NCBI GenBank assembly: GCA_951406725.2
Contig: OX597830.1
Location: 18,538,001 to 18,602,000 of the forward strand
Direction of reading: 5' to 3'
DNA length: 64,000 nucleotides
DNA from: Octopus vulgaris
Lineage: Eukaryota
In this document: positions 63,671-64,000 of the stretch, piece after piece
Layout of the letters: the number at the start of each line of letters is the position of its first letter
How positions within the stretch are numbered: position 1 is the first letter of the stretch
Position numbers and translations under genes: made by a program
Notes under the pieces: model-generated
What the model was told of the DNA's origin: nothing
The model's database searches: none
What the model saw: the letters and a program-made list of their open reading frames with translations, nothing else

Positions 63671-64000
63671 GGGATCTTTTAGGTTTGAACAGCAGTTTTT
63701 TCTAGCGGTGTCATATGAAATTGTCACCCATAATTATGACCCTAGTATCGATCTATTGCATTTCAATCTGTTTTAGGGTTAGGGTTAGGGGGAAGGGTAT
63801 CTTTTTTTCTTCACAAATGTAAATAAACCCAATCTGTTTCTTAAACGAGGGACATATTCATACAGCACAAAATGTTTTCACCTCAATAGATGTCATTGAT
63901 TGGTTGAAATTGCAGAAATTGAAGAAAAAAAACAACAAATATCTTACAAACTATAGAATTTTCTCAATAAAGCCAAGAGAAAAGATGTTTTATAAACACA
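63671..64000. repeat. Unclassified element containing a short (TTAGGG)3 tract, running off the window
   Basis: Sharp start GGGATCTTTTAGGTTTGAAC; TTAGGGTTAGGGTTAGGG near 63773-63790. Confidence 0.4.

Noticed and set aside
63773-63790. True telomere or chromosome end
   Set aside because: Only three units, with ordinary sequence on both sides.

Overview
AT-rich, repeat-saturated eukaryotic genomic DNA, most likely a large intron. The SINE and microsatellite landscape resembles octopus (coleoid cephalopod) DNA; that is an inference from recall, not a database result. Only one convincing host exon is visible (+ strand, 20394-20514, encoding MSEENRSTTHIKTEAESTEGVEPHASSQN-). The rest is mostly transposon-derived: at least five short retroposon families (here called A, B, C, F, H), truncated RTE and CR1-like LINE ends, a Penelope GIY-YIG remnant, a mariner remnant, piggyBac-, hAT- and mariner-type MITEs, three non-autonomous Helitrons, and many microsatellites. 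Almost all ORFs in the supplied track are microsatellite or SINE artefacts. Three observations stand out. (1) Minimal hammerhead-ribozyme-like motifs lie in short Penelope-like elements, often embedded in (TA)n tracts, with a hotspot at 28.2-30.0 kb and variants with an enlarged stem II or an altered core. (2) A young SINE has 15-17 bp target-site duplications that begin with GGTA in six of seven scorable insertions. (3) Closely spaced inverted repeats could form long dsRNA in the pre-mRNA.
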